Below are positions 27,311-40,867 of a DNA stretch of 64,000 nucleotides, in pieces. The position numbers were made by a program, and so were the translations under genes. This DNA is from Eledone cirrhosa (lineage: Eukaryota): NCBI GenBank assembly GCA_964016885.1, contig OZ024765.1:3100001-3164000 (forward strand). The letters run 5' to 3'. Position 1 is the first letter of the stretch, and each line of letters opens with the position of its first letter. Below the pieces are notes generated by a model. That model searched no databases, was not told where the DNA came from, and saw only the letters and a list, made by a program, of their open reading frames with translations.

Positions 27311-28355
27311 TTTGATAATTAGAAATACCAGTTAAATACTGGGGGCAAATCTTCCTCTATTTTTCTTTTTTTTTTTTGTTACTTCCCTCTTCTCTCACTG
27401 GAAGAAATCTGTTGTGTTTAGACCAGGTGGGAGGGATGGGCTCTGCTAGGATTAAAGTGACCCCTTGCCCACCAAAAAAAAATGTTGCATGACACAGTGG
27501 CACCCCTACAACTTCACCAGAAGTTAAGTGCCCTTGCATGTGTACTGCTGTTGTTGTTGTTGTTATTGTTGTTAATATTTCAACCATGTTGTTGTTATAC
27601 TAATCTATATTATAAGAGCGCTGTCTATCAGCCTGTCCACCTGTCATGCTCACTCTATATAGAGAGGGGGAGACCCAAGCAAGAGAGAGATATATATATA
27701 TATACAGAGATAGAGAGAGAGAAGGGAACGCCGTGTGACAGAAAAGAGGTAGCTAGATAGAAAGTTATGACGTTGCCCTCATCTATATGGAGAGAGAGAG
27801 AGAGAGGGGGGGTGAGTGGTAAGCGAGAGATATGATGCAACTGACCGTGGTCATTGGAACCCTTTGGCTGCCTCATATGTCTCGAGACTCGGGACCTTCT
27901 AAATTTAAGTCACACAGATGCTAGAAAGAATTATTTTGCTAAAACCAGAGACCACAGGATGTCATTAATGGTGGATTGGCAGTATCGGTAGAGGGTCGGA
28001 CGCCATGCTTTCCAGCATAGTTACGTCCCTTTACGATCTGAGTTCAAATCCCGCCGAGGTTGACTTTGCCTTTCATCCTTACGGGGTCGATAAAATAAAG
28101 TACCAGTAATGCACTGGGTAATTGCTGGCCTTGTGCCTAAAGTAGAAACAATTAATGGCTGCAATAGGATTGGATGTGATTAATATTTGAGTCGAGGATT
28201 GGTGTGTTATATACACTAGGATATATACACTAGGATTGGTGTATATATACACCAGGATAGGCAGATGTATGAACAATACTTTGCTATTTACACACTAATG
28301 TAATTATACACTTTTTAATCTACACTGCTATATTCACACACATACCCCCCCCCCC

Positions 28356-28387
<32 letters not shown>

Positions 28388-28561
28388 ATATATCTATATG
28401 TATATATGTATATATATATATATATATATGTGTATATATATGTATATATATATATATATGTGTATATATATGTATATATATATATATGTGTGTATATATC
28501 TATATGTATATATATATGTATATGTATATATATATATATGTGTGTATATATCTATATGTAT

Positions 28562-28627
<66 letters not shown>

Positions 28628-28648
28628 GTATATGTATATATATATATG

Positions 28649-28709
<61 letters not shown>

Positions 28710-28748
28710 GTATATATATATGTATATATATATATGTATATATATATG

Positions 28749-28779
<31 letters not shown>

Positions 28780-28825
28780 ATATATGTATATGTATATGTA
28801 TATATACATGTATATGTATATATAT

Positions 28826-29165
28826 ATGGAGGTACATGGCTTAGTGGTTAGAGCATTGGCCTTGCAATCGAAAGGTTGTGAGTTCAATTCCCAGACCGGG
28901 TGATGTGTTGTTTCCTTGAGCAAGACACTTTATTTCACATTGCTCCAGTTTACTCAGCTGTAGAAATGAGATGATAAGGACTGGGGTCCCTATCATTCCA
29001 CTGCAAAGTGGTCGTGGAGGTGCCACAGGAAAAAAGCACCCAGCCCTCACTGTAAATGAGGTTGGTGTTAGGAAGTGCATCCAGCTGTAGAGATCAAGCC
29101 AGAATCAGTTCCTGTATGAGCAAGACAAGCAGGGAAAGGCGGATGTAAAATGATGATGATGATGA
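28826..29165 (+). mobile_element. SINE family B (tRNA head plus RTE-derived tail)
   Basis: A-box tggcttagtgg, B-box gagttcaattc, tail aagcagggaaa..cgga.gtaaaa(tga)n shared with the RTE 3' end at 46240-46290. Copies at 43380-43715, 45590-45856, 55650-55935, 59266-59420 and 60230-60580 (-). Confidence 0.85.
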
Positions 29166-29225
29166 TATATATATATATTTATATATATGTGTGCATGTAT
29201 GTATGTAAATATATATACATATATG

Positions 29226-29263
<38 letters not shown>

Positions 29264-29329
29264 CATGTATGTATGTAAATATATATACATATATAAATAT
29301 ATATGTATATATATATATATGTGTGTGTG

Positions 29330-29401
<72 letters not shown>

Positions 29402-29469
29402 TAATTGAATAGCACTAACTTCCTGACTGATTTTATAGGTCAGAAGGAATTGGTGTAGCTAAGGCTGAC

Positions 29470-30037
29470 ACATACATACATAGTCACATACACACACACA
29501 CATATATATATATACACATAGTCACATACACACACACATATATATATATATACACATAGTCACATACACACACACATATATATATATATATATACACATA
29601 GTCACATACACACACACATATATATATATACACACATAGTCACATACACACACACATATATATATATATATATACACATAGTCACATACACACACACATA
29701 TATATATATACACACATAGTCACATACACACACACATATATATATATACACATAGTCACATACACACACATATATATATATATATACATAGTCGAATACA
29801 CACATATATATATATATATATACACACATAGTCACACATACACACATATATATATACATAGTCACATACACACACACATATATATACACATAGTCACACA
29901 TACACACATATATATATATATATATATAGTCGAATACACACACATATATATATATACACACACATAGTCACACATACACACATATATATATACATAGTCA
30001 CATACACACACACATATATATACACATAGTCACACAT

Positions 30038-30073
<36 letters not shown>

Positions 30074-30081
30074 AGTCGAAT

Positions 30082-30122
<41 letters not shown>

Positions 30123-30357
30123 GTCACACATACACACATATATATATACATAGTCACATACACACACACACACACACACATATATACACATAGTCACACA
30201 TACACACACATATATCATCATCATCATATATATATATACATAGTCGAATACACACACATATATATATATATATACACACAGTCACACATACACATATATA
30301 TATATATACATAGTCACATACACAGACACACACACACATATACACATAGTCACACAT

Positions 30358-30442
<85 letters not shown>

Positions 30443-30449
30443 GTCGCAT

Positions 30450-30480
<31 letters not shown>

Positions 30481-30485
30481 CATAG

Positions 30486-30546
<61 letters not shown>

Positions 30547-30560
30547 CATACACATATATA
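29470..30560. repeat. (catagtcacata-(CA)n-(TA)n) compound microsatellite
   Basis: Direct inspection. Confidence 0.9.
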
Positions 30561-31019
30561 GTCACAGACATACACACACACACTTATACACAGCCACACA
30601 CACACCCATCCATACACACACATTCACCAGTCTCCACACACACACCCAACCATCCACAACCATCCACATACATACACATTCACCAGTCTACACACACACA
30701 CCCAACCATCCACATACATACACATTCACCAGTCTACACACACACACACCCAACCATCCACATACACACACCCACCCCTGTCTACACAGCCACACAGACA
30801 CATATTTCTGTCCTATTGTCACCATTGTCAACTGCTACAATACCATTCTTCAGAATACTGAATAAGATCAAATACTAGTAATATATGGAGGTCAATATAA
30901 TTAGCTATACCCCACCCACCCCCTCTCTCTTCCTCTCTCTCTCTCTCTCAAATTTTTGACTGGGTCAACTACCAAGGTCAGCGTGACCTTTCATCCTTCC
31001 AAGTAAAGCCTGTCTTAAG

Positions 31020-31470
31020 CCAGAAGGATTGTTAGGTCGGTGTTTATCCTGATTTTGTGGCATGAAGCAAGTGAGAGTACAAGACTCCCCCCTGGACAGG
31101 ACACCAGTCCATCGCAGTTTTAAAATCTGTTTCAAGCCCAGAAGGCTCATTTGGCCGGTGTTTATCTCGGTTTCATGGCATGAAGCGAGTGAGAGTACAA
31201 GACTTCCCCCTGGACAGGACACCAGTCCATCGCAGTTTTAAAATCTGTTTCAAGCCCAGAAGGCTCATTTGGCCGGTGTTTATCTCGGTTTCATGGCATG
31301 AAGCGAGTGAGAGTACAAGACTTCCCCCTGGACAGGACACCAGTCCATCATAGGATTAAAATCTGTTTCAAGCCCAGAAGGCTTGTTAGGCCGGTGCTTA
31401 TGCTGGTTTCGTGGCTTGAAGCGACTGAGAGTACAAGACTTCCCCCTGGACAGGACACCAGTCCATCGCA
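31020..31470. repeat. 118-bp tandem repeat, four units, from a TE fragment
   Basis: gagagtacaagact at 31073, 31191, 31309 and 31427; a single related copy lies near 62150-62230. Confidence 0.85.
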
Positions 31471-31879
31471 GCTATTACTGGTACTCATTTTCAGCTGAGT
31501 ATACTGGAGCAATGTGAAATGAAGTGTTTTGCTCAAGAACACAACATTATGATCAAGAGGGCGGTGAATTGGCAGTATCGGTAAAGTGTTGGACACCATG
31601 CTTTCTAGCATAGTTACATCCCTTTACAGTCTGAGTTCAAATCCCGCCGAGGTTAACTTTGCCTTTCATCCTTACGGGGTCGATAAAATAAAGTACCAGT
31701 CACGTACTGGGTAATTGCTGGCCTTGTGCCAATAGTAGAAACAATTTTGATCATAAGTCCAACCCACTCCCTCGTGTGTCTGTAACTATTGCCATAGTTA
31801 ATTATATATTTGTTTAAGTTGATTACAATAATTTACTTGTATATTATCTTTTATCATACATACACTGAACTATGATGAC

Positions 31880-32835
31880 TTTCTATCTGTCTGGCTGTTT
31901 GTCTGTTCGGCTGTCCATCTGGCTGTCTCTGTCTGGCTGTCTGTCTGTCTGGCTGTCTATTTATCTATATATCTAACTATCTGTCTGTCTATCTATCTAT
32001 CTAACTATTTGTCTGTCTGTCTGTCCATCTATCTGTCTATTTGTCTGTCTGTCTATCTGTCTAACTATTTGTCTGTCTATCTATCTGTCTAACTATTTGT
32101 CTGTCTGTCTATCTGTCTAACTATTTGTCTGTCTGTCTGTCTATCTGTCTAACTATTTGTCTGTCTGTCTGTCTAACTATTTGTCTGTCTGTCTATCTGT
32201 CTAATTATTTGTCTGTCTATCTATCTGTCTAACTATTTGTCTGTCTGTCTGTCTAACTATTTGTCTGTCTGTCTATCTATCTGTCTAACTATTTGTCTGT
32301 CTGTCTCTCTGTCTAACTATTTGTCTCTCTGTCTGTCTGTCTAACTATTTGTCTGTCTGTCTATCTATCTGTCTAACTATTTGTCTGTCTGTCTATCTGT
32401 CTAATTATTTGTCTGTCTATCTATCTGTCTAACTATTTGTCTGTCTGTCTGTCTAACTATTTGTCTGTCTGTCTATCTATCTGTCTAACTATTTGTCTGT
32501 CTGTCTCTCTGTCTAACTATTTGTCTCTCTGTCTGTCTGTCTAACTATTTGTCTGTCTGTCTATCTATCTGTCTAACTATTTGTCTGTCTGTCTAACTAT
32601 TTGTCTGTCTGTCTGTCTGTCTATCTATCTGTCTGTCTGTCTAACTATTTGTCTGTCTGTCTGTCTAGCTATCTGTCTAACTATTTGTCTGTCTGTCTGA
32701 CTATCTGCCTGTTTGTCTTTGCGCCCTTGTGGCAAATAAAGAAATATATCTGTCTATCTATATCCATCTGTCTATGACTGTCGGTCTGTCTGTCTCTCTA
32801 TCTGTCTATCTATCTACCCGTCTGTCTGTCTATTT
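31880..32835. repeat. (GTCT/ATCT)n with ctaactattt punctuation
   Basis: Direct inspection. Confidence 0.9.
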
Positions 32836-33944
32836 TTGAACTGCTATCAGGATTTGTGCTTTGTTGTTGTTATAGTTGTTCTTGTCCGGAAATAGATACA
32901 TTGGTAAATATACATAAATAGATAACTATAGATAGACAGTTATGTAGGTAATTAGAAAAAGAGAAAGACAACTAGACAAACAGACAGATAGACAGACTGG
33001 CCTTGTGCCTTTAGTAGAAATCATTATTATAAGGGCCGTGGATGGGCAGAATCGGTGGAGCGTCGGACAACATGGTTTGCGGTATAGAGTTACGGCCCTT
33101 TACGTTCTGAGTTCAAATCCCACCGAGGTCAACTTTGCCTTTCGTCCTTCACTGGAGTTGATATAATTAACTTTCTCTATGCCGGAAAATCGTTCCCCTT
33201 GTGCTTAAATTAGGGTTTCAGTCCTTTACTTTGTGGATTCAATTCCAATTTGTTTAGCAAGCATTTCCTTTACTGGTTGTACTTGATGACAATATCAGAT
33301 CTATTAGCCTTGATGCCTTCCCTTGTCTGCATGGAGTCTTTTTATCATTCTGAGTTCAAATCCCGCCGAGGTTAACTTTGCTTTTCATCCTTACAGGGTC
33401 GATAAAATAAAGTACCAGTAATACACTGGGATAATTGCTGGCCTTGTTATTTTTATTATTGTTATTGTTATTATTGTTGTTATTAAGGGCGGTGGATTGG
33501 CAGTATCGGTGGAGGATCGGACACCATGCTTTGACGCATAGAGTTACGGCCCTTGCCATTCTGAGTTCATATCCTGCCGATGTTAACTTTGCCTTTCATC
33601 CTTACGGGGGTCGATAAAATAAATACCAGTCACGCACTGGGGTCGATTTAATCGACTTTCCTTTCCCCCAAAATTGCTGGCCTTGTGCCTAAAGTAGTAA
33701 TAATTATTATTATTGTGGGCTTTCTCCACGAGTGACCCTTGGAGATTCCCCCCCTTTGGGGAATCTGTTATGTTTGTTTTTTAAAATGTTTATTTTCTTA
33801 ATCTCTCTCATAAATTTTATTTTACACAAAAAAAACCCTCCACACTTTACCATCCTGTACCGTATTTAATGTTTCCTTAATGTGAGCCCTGTGTGGCTAA
33901 TAAAGAAACCATTATTGTTATCATTATCATCATTATCATCATCA

Positions 33945-34535
33945 GTGTCCGAGCATTACTGACTTGTGGGTTTATGTCAAACGGATCCGGCTATCAGCTG
34001 AGTCCATCGTGAGGATTTCCCCGCTGTCTTCCTTTAGCCAGGAAGGGTAGGCAGTTTTTATCTGTCTGGTGGCCATGGCGAAAGAGGTTGTGTGGTGGAT
34101 GCGTTTGAAAGGGCTGAAGACGAGCACTTACCTCTTCGGTGATGCCCTGATTAGCTTTTTCAAATTTCATTTGAAAAGGAAAATCAGGGTAGAGAGAGAA
34201 GTGCTCTCTTCCCAGCGTTTTGTTGAAAGATGGGTGAGAGAGGCAAGCATGGCCCGAGTGAATGGGCCTGCTCTGAGTATGTGCCTGTAAATTAGAAGTG
34301 GAGAACTGGGAGAGGGCACTTTCCCTGGTGGTCAGGGTCACCGTGGCTTTTTTAATGGGCTTTCTCCACGAGTGTCCCTCGGAAGTCTCCCCCGCTATTG
34401 GGGAATTTTCCTTTGTTTCTTTTTTTTGTCATTTCCTTTGTTATTGTTTTTCTTCTTTACACGCAGAAATGCCCATTTGTTCTGTACCGTCCTTAATGTT
34501 ATACTTTAAGTCAACCCTTGTGGTTAATAAAGAAA
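33945..34535 (+). mobile_element. Tx1/L1-like LINE ORF2 C-terminus plus 3' UTR
   Basis: AKEVVWWMRLKG...ERWVREASMARVNG resembles the L1/Tx1 C-terminal AK..IW..R motif; ends in aataaag plus a simple repeat. Confidence 0.6.
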
Positions 34536-34561
34536 GCATTATCATCATCATCATCATTATG

Positions 34562-34597
<36 letters not shown>

Positions 34598-34608
34598 CAT
34601 TTGTACAG

Positions 34609-34629
34609 CTGAAATTGAAGCTGAAGAAG
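34609..34629 (+). CDS. Candidate 21-nt microexon (A/T-EIEAEE)
   Basis: Acceptor tcatttgtacag, donor AG|gtaaac, purine-rich GAA-repeat body, phase 1-1, acidic like the neighbouring exons. Confidence 0.45.
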
Positions 34630-34926
34630 GTAAACGTACCAGTTTTTGTTTGTTGTTTCAACACACTTCTTTTCCTTCTTCTTCTCTCACTTCCCCTTCT
34701 TCATCCTCTTCTTTACCTTCATGTCTCTCTCTCTCCTCTTCTTTTTCTCCTCCTCTGCCTCCCATATATATACATACGTATATATGTGAGTTACAAGATG
34801 TCATAGCCACACATCTCTCTATCTCTCTTAACTTTTGAAAACCATGAAACTGTGAAACTGGTAAAGTTATAAATTATTGTAAATAAACCTTTTTAAAGAC
34901 ACCAATTGCATTTTCAACTTCTTTTT

Positions 34927-34963
<37 letters not shown>

Positions 34964-35139
34964 CAAATTTAAATAAATTTAAAAGCTCTACAATGTGTAG
35001 AATATTAAAGGTGCTAATGTAATATCTGTTATAGAGGAAAGAATGAGGACGATAGAATTTTACCTTAGTAAATCTAATTATCTCCCATTATCAAGAGAGA
35101 ATCCGAATGTAGGTCATCAAAGAGCAATCGGAGATGAGT

Positions 35140-35204
<65 letters not shown>

Positions 35205-35295
35205 TTAGGTTCTTGTATGATGACCCTGTGATAAACTGGAAACTCCAGAGTAACACGACTCACTATTAAGCCTTAATAAAAGGAATATGTATGAA

Positions 35296-35330
<35 letters not shown>

Positions 35331-35406
35331 CGAAGGAAATGTGGTAAGGAACCAGGTGGACCATAACGCACCAAAGTACTCAATACTTGGGGTAGTAGAG
35401 TGGGTA

Positions 35407-35524
35407 ATAGGAACCAGTAAGACCCCGACAGCTGAGCTCAAGCCGTTTCGACGGCTAATTAGCCGTCCAGAATTAGCCGTCGAAACGGCTTGAGCTCAGC
35501 TGTCGGGGTCTTACTGGTTCCTAT
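35407..35524. repeat. Perfect 54-bp inverted repeat with 10-nt loop (Penelope-like fold-back)
   Basis: ataggaaccagtaagaccccgacagctgagctcaagccgtttcgacggctaatt followed by its exact reverse complement. Confidence 0.9.
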
Positions 35525-35537
35525 ATATATATATATA

Positions 35538-35885
35538 TATACAATATATTAACAAATGGAAACTATATTTATAAAACCATATTTATTTCATTATACATAT
35601 TTCAAGGGCCACCAAGGCAAACTATGGTGCTCTTTCATCAGATAAAATATAATATGGGTTAGTTTTATAAATAAATATTGACATACCCTGAAAAAATGCA
35701 ACCATTCTCGTTGGAATCTGGTTGCATTTTTTCAGAGTATGTCAATATTTATTTATAAAACTAACCTATATTATATTTTATCTGATGAAAGCACACCATA
35801 GTTTGCCTTCGTGGCCCTTAAAATATGTATAATGAAATAAATATGGTTTTATAAATATAGTTTCCATTTGTTAATATATTGTATA
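35538..35885. repeat. About 165-bp-arm inverted repeat between (TA)n tracts
   Basis: Arms meet at tgcaacca-ttctcgttggaatc-tggttgca; a related non-folded copy lies at 61571-61920. Confidence 0.88.
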
Positions 35886-35969
35886 TTTACTCCAATAATT
35901 TGTTGAGTGCTTTATATCAGTTATAAAAATATTTTGCTTGTTGTATCCCAACAAATTAAATATAACCTC

Positions 35970-36031
<62 letters not shown>

Positions 36032-37786
36032 AGAATGCTGAAGATGGCTCTGAAAATTAATCAGTATACACTGAGGATGAAAAACTCAGAGCTGTATGGG
36101 AGCCTCCCAAAAGTCAGCTCGGGAGTAGCACAGGAGACTGAGGTTAGGTGAACATGCTCACCGACATCCAGAGTTGACACTGCACTCAGTGCTCCTGTGG
36201 GAGCCCCTGCATGGACACACTGAAGAGGAAGACCGTGGTTGACATAAGTTGATGCCCTAGGGACAAACACTGGTCTCTTGGAGACGCAGGACATGGCAGC
36301 GATAATGAGGGACAGAGACCGCTGGAGAGAACTCACCCATGGATCTCGGGAATTTTACCCTCCCTAGACATATATATACATACACACACACATATGTATA
36401 TATATGTATGTGTGTGTGTATATATATATATATATATGTATACACAGGAAAAGTTGAAAATGTAATTGGTGTATTTAAAAAGGTTCATTTACAATAACTT
36501 ATAACTTTACCGGTTTCACAGTTTCATGGTTTTCAAAAGTTAAGAGAGATAGAGAGATGTGTGACTATGACGACTTGTATGCGAGATAGATGATGACATA
36601 GCCACCCATCCCTCTCTCTCTTTTCTCCCCGTCTTTCCTACCCCTCACTATCTCTTATCCACCTCTCTCCCCATCACCCACCAGTCCACCACCTCCACCT
36701 CAGTATAACCTGCATGAGTGACTCTTCCCTTCAATTTTAATCTACACATCTCTCTCAAAACACTTTCTTTAATTATTTATTAATTAATTAACTGTGCTAA
36801 TTGGTCTGTGTCCCTGCTTACACTCCACTCCACTTGGCCTATATTGAGTCACACTGTGTATATCCTTCCTTACACTCCATTGAGCCTGTTTGTCTGGTGT
36901 GTGTGAGCTACCTACACTCCACGCAGCTTATACTACACTCCACTCTACAAGACACATACTACACTCCACTCTACAAGACATGTCTATGTGTGTACCTGCT
37001 TACACTCCACTCAGCGTACATTTTTTGAGTCACACTCTGTGAGCTACTTACACTCCACTCAGCCCACACTCCACTTGGCTTCCGCTCCACTCAGCGTACA
37101 CTCTTTGTGTCACACAGTGTGAGCTATTTACACTCAACTCAGCTTATACTCCACTCCAAGTGGGATACACTACACTTCACCAAGCTAGTCAGTATGTGTT
37201 TACCTGCTTATACTCCACTTGGGCTACACTCTTGTGGAAATATACTCCACTTGGGCTTACACTCCATTGAGTCACACTGTGTGAGCTACTTACACTCCAC
37301 TGAGCCTATACTCCAATTGGGCTACACTCTACTGGAAATTCCACTCGGCTTACACTTCACTGAGTCTACTTTCCACTCAGCTTACATTCCACTTGGCTTA
37401 CACTCAAATGAGCCTTCACCCCCACTCAGTCTACACTCAACTGAACCTTCACCCCCACTCAGTCTACACTCAACTGGCCCTTCACCCCCACTCAGTCTAC
37501 ACTCAACCGAGCCTACACTCCACTCATAAGGTGTAGGTGGCTCACATTAGCCATACATTTGAAACCTCACAATGAACCTATTGACAGAGCCCTTTTCTAG
37601 AAAACCTGGTATGTGTGTAGACAAGTTTGGAGTGCAACCACCATGTTGTAGGATGTCCCTGAAGATGACACCTGGTTGGAGACAGGGGAACTTCAGAGAG
37701 CAATGGTAGACAGGGTTAGCTTGAGAAGGAACTTTGTGGAACCAGTAACGGATTTATAGAAGATACATACATACATAAGTGTGTGT

Positions 37787-37831
<45 letters not shown>

Positions 37832-38126
37832 AAGTTATGTTGGTACCACAACATCCAGTACAAAATAAATGAGGTTGTGTAGGTGTCACGACAAAAAAAA
37901 CACACAGTCCACGCTGTAATGTGGCCGTGTAGGTAACACGGTAAAAACCTCCCAGCCCACACTGTAAACGTGGTTGGTGTTAGGAAGGGCATCCAGCTGT
38001 AGAAAACCTGCAAGTCAACCAATCTCGCCTCAAGTGGGACAATTCCCGTCCAGACCCATGCTAGCGTGGAAAATGGACGTTAAACGATGATGATGATGAT
38101 GATGATGATATAAGGGGCATTTTAAG

Positions 38127-38210
38127 GGTCTGACGAGCCGCGGATACAGAGTCGGGTAAGATCTATACAGATCGAACGTTGAGCTGATCAGTGGCGAAAC
38201 GCGCGTCACC
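38127..38210 (+). ncRNA. Minimal type I hammerhead ribozyme motif (Penelope-like element type)
   Basis: GGU-CUGACGA-GCCGC...GUGGC-GAAAC-GCGC-GUC-ACC: intact core, stems I, II and III, palindromic loop III, followed by AATAAA. Confidence 0.7.
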
Positions 38211-38735
38211 AACCAATAAATGTAATGAAGGAGTAACCAATCGTCCTTGTTATCTTTATGAAAACAAGTATTGCAAACGAATCGAATGTTATTGGATTGG
38301 CAGTATCGGTAGAGGGTCGGACGCCATGCTTTCCAGCATAGTTACGTCCCTTTACGATCTGAGTTCAAATCCCGCCGAGGTTGACTTTGCCTTTCATCCT
38401 TACAGGGTCGATAAAATAAAGTACCAGTAATGCACTGGGTAATTGCTGGCCTTGTGCCTAAAGTAGAAACAATTATTAATATTCGAAAAACTCAGATTAC
38501 ATTTATTGTATTCAGCCATGTAGAGCGAAATTTTCTTTTTTATATATAAATATGGAAAACGTAGAATCAGTGATGCATCGGAACACAATTTACTACGTAT
38601 TACAATTGTTTCTCTGACAAACAGCTTGAGGTGTGATCTGTTTGTGGATCGAACCTGACTCTGGATTTGCAAGTTCCTCTGATACGTCTAGTGACTTCGA
38701 AGCAAATTCTCTTTCTAGCAACCATACTACATATA

Positions 38736-38790
<55 letters not shown>

Positions 38791-38859
38791 TGAGTTAGAA
38801 ACTCAAAATAGTCTTTACAATTAAATAGCTCAAAGAAAGAAGTTTTTCTGAGCCGTGTA

Positions 38860-39260
38860 ATATAATTGAATATAGAAGAGAGATAAACACAGATATAACA
38901 CATACATGTGTTCAAATTGTAAGGGACAAGGTTCACTAGGGTGAAAAAATACTAACTATTAACAATAGTCTGGCAAACCATATTGTTATAGTTAGTATTT
39001 TTTTCACCCTAGTGAACTTGGTCCCTTACAATTTGAACACACGTATGTTTATATCTGTGTTTATCTCTCTTCTATCTTCAATTATATAACGAAGGAACCA
39101 GGTGGACCATAACGCACCATAGTACTCAATACTTAGGGTAGTAGAGTGGGTAATAGGAAAATGTTCAAGACCCCGACGGCAGAGCTCAAGCCGTTTGAGC
39201 GTCCAGAAATAGCCGTCGAAACGGCTCGATCTCTGCCGTCGGGGTCTTGAACATTTTCCT
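38860..39260. repeat. Two adjacent inverted repeats (38860-39087 with about 105-bp arms; 39155-39260 with about 43-bp arms)
   Basis: Direct complementarity; the second is a diverged paralogue of 35407-35524. Confidence 0.85.
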
Positions 39261-40249
39261 TTTCAATTATATATATATATATATATGGTTTACCTCTTTG
39301 CCTTTATGATTCAAGGCTTAGGAACCTCACATTAGCCATATATGTGAAAACCTCACAATGAACCTTTTGACAGAGTCCTTTTCTAGAAAACCTGATGTTA
39401 GTGCAGAGGAGTTTGGAGACCAACCACCATGTTGTAGGATGTCCTCGAAGATTGGATTGCTCTCTGGAGCTCCCCCTGCCATGTTGGAGACGGAGACAGG
39501 GGAACTTCAGAGAGCAATGATGGACAGGGTTAGCTTCAGAAGGAACTTTATGGAACCAGTAACAGATTTATAGGAGGTAAATTCTTCCTTGACGCTAAAC
39601 TCCACCTGTTGCAGACTGAATTAGTAGAACTACTACAACTATTACTACCTCTACAACTTCTACTACTACTACTTCCACCATTACAACTTCTACATTTACT
39701 ACTACTACCTCTACCACTACTACTACTACCTCCACCACTACAACTACTACTACCTCCACCACTACAACTTCTATAACTACTATTACTACTACTACTACTA
39801 CTACTCCACTACTATTTCTTTTACTACTACTACTACTACTACTACCTCCAACACTACAAATTCTACTACTACTACTTCCACTACTACTACTACTACTACT
39901 ACTACAACTACTACTACCACAACACACTCATCACCTATCATTTGTGGATCTCTCTTATTTTCTCTCTGCCTGCCATTGGGTTATTTTTTTTGCCTATAGG
40001 TTTCGATGGTTGCCTATGATTGCTTATAGATATCTTGGTTGCCTATCAGTTGCCTATATATAACCTGGTTGCCAATGGTTGCCTATCGGTTGCCTATATA
40101 TATATCCTGGTTGCCTATTGTGATGGTTGCTTGTATACATCCTGGTTGCCTATTGGTTGCCTATAATATATTCTGGTTGCCTTTCAGTTGCCTATATATA
40201 TAACCTGGTTGCTTATTGTTGTAATGGTTGATGCAATGTTGTTTTTTGT

Positions 40250-40665
40250 TGTGATGGTGGCCTATTGTGAAGGTAACCTATTGCTGTGATGGTGGCCTAT
40301 TGTGAAGGTAACCTATTGCTGTGATGATGGCCTATTGTGAAGGTAACCTATTGCTGTGATGGTGGCCTATTGCTGTGATGATGGCCTATTGTGAAGGTAA
40401 CCTATTGCTGTGATGGTGGCCTATTGTGAAGGTAACCTATTGCTGTGATGATGGCCTATTGTGAAGGTAACCTATTGCTGTGATGGTGGCCTATTGCTGT
40501 GATGATGGCCTATTGTGATGGTAACCTATTGCTGTGATGGTGGCCTATTGTGAAGGTAACCTATTGCTGTGATGATGGCCTATTGTGAAGGTAACCTATT
40601 GCTGTGATGGTGGCCTATTGTGAAGGTAACCTATTGCTGTGATGGTGGCCTATTGTGAAGGTTGC
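40250..40665. repeat. About 37-bp minisatellite (cctattgtgaaggtaacctattgctgtgatggtgg)
   Basis: Direct inspection. Confidence 0.9.
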
Positions 40666-40867
40666 CTCTTGGACTATAGCTTATGCCTATTGATGTGTTT
40701 GTTGTTGTGTTTTTAATAAGATACTGCCTATGGTTTTAAAACAGTTTTATCAACAATTAGCTGTGATTCACTAATATAACTAACTTTATCATTATTAATC
40801 TGTTATTTGGAACATAACTTAACAAAGGTTCTTACATAAAATTACGATGAAAGGTTTTATAAATAAA

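Noticed and set aside
27405-27426. Possible small exon after a pyrimidine tract
   Set aside because: It is 22 nt, frameshifting, and has a stop in the phase-1 frame.
28826-28905. tRNA gene
   Set aside because: It has A/B boxes but no full cloverleaf and continues into a multi-copy SINE body.
40000-40008. 9-nt phase 1-1 microexon candidate (tgcctatag|GTTTCGATG|gttgcc)
   Set aside because: The donor is non-consensus and the site is part of a ggttgcctat repeat.
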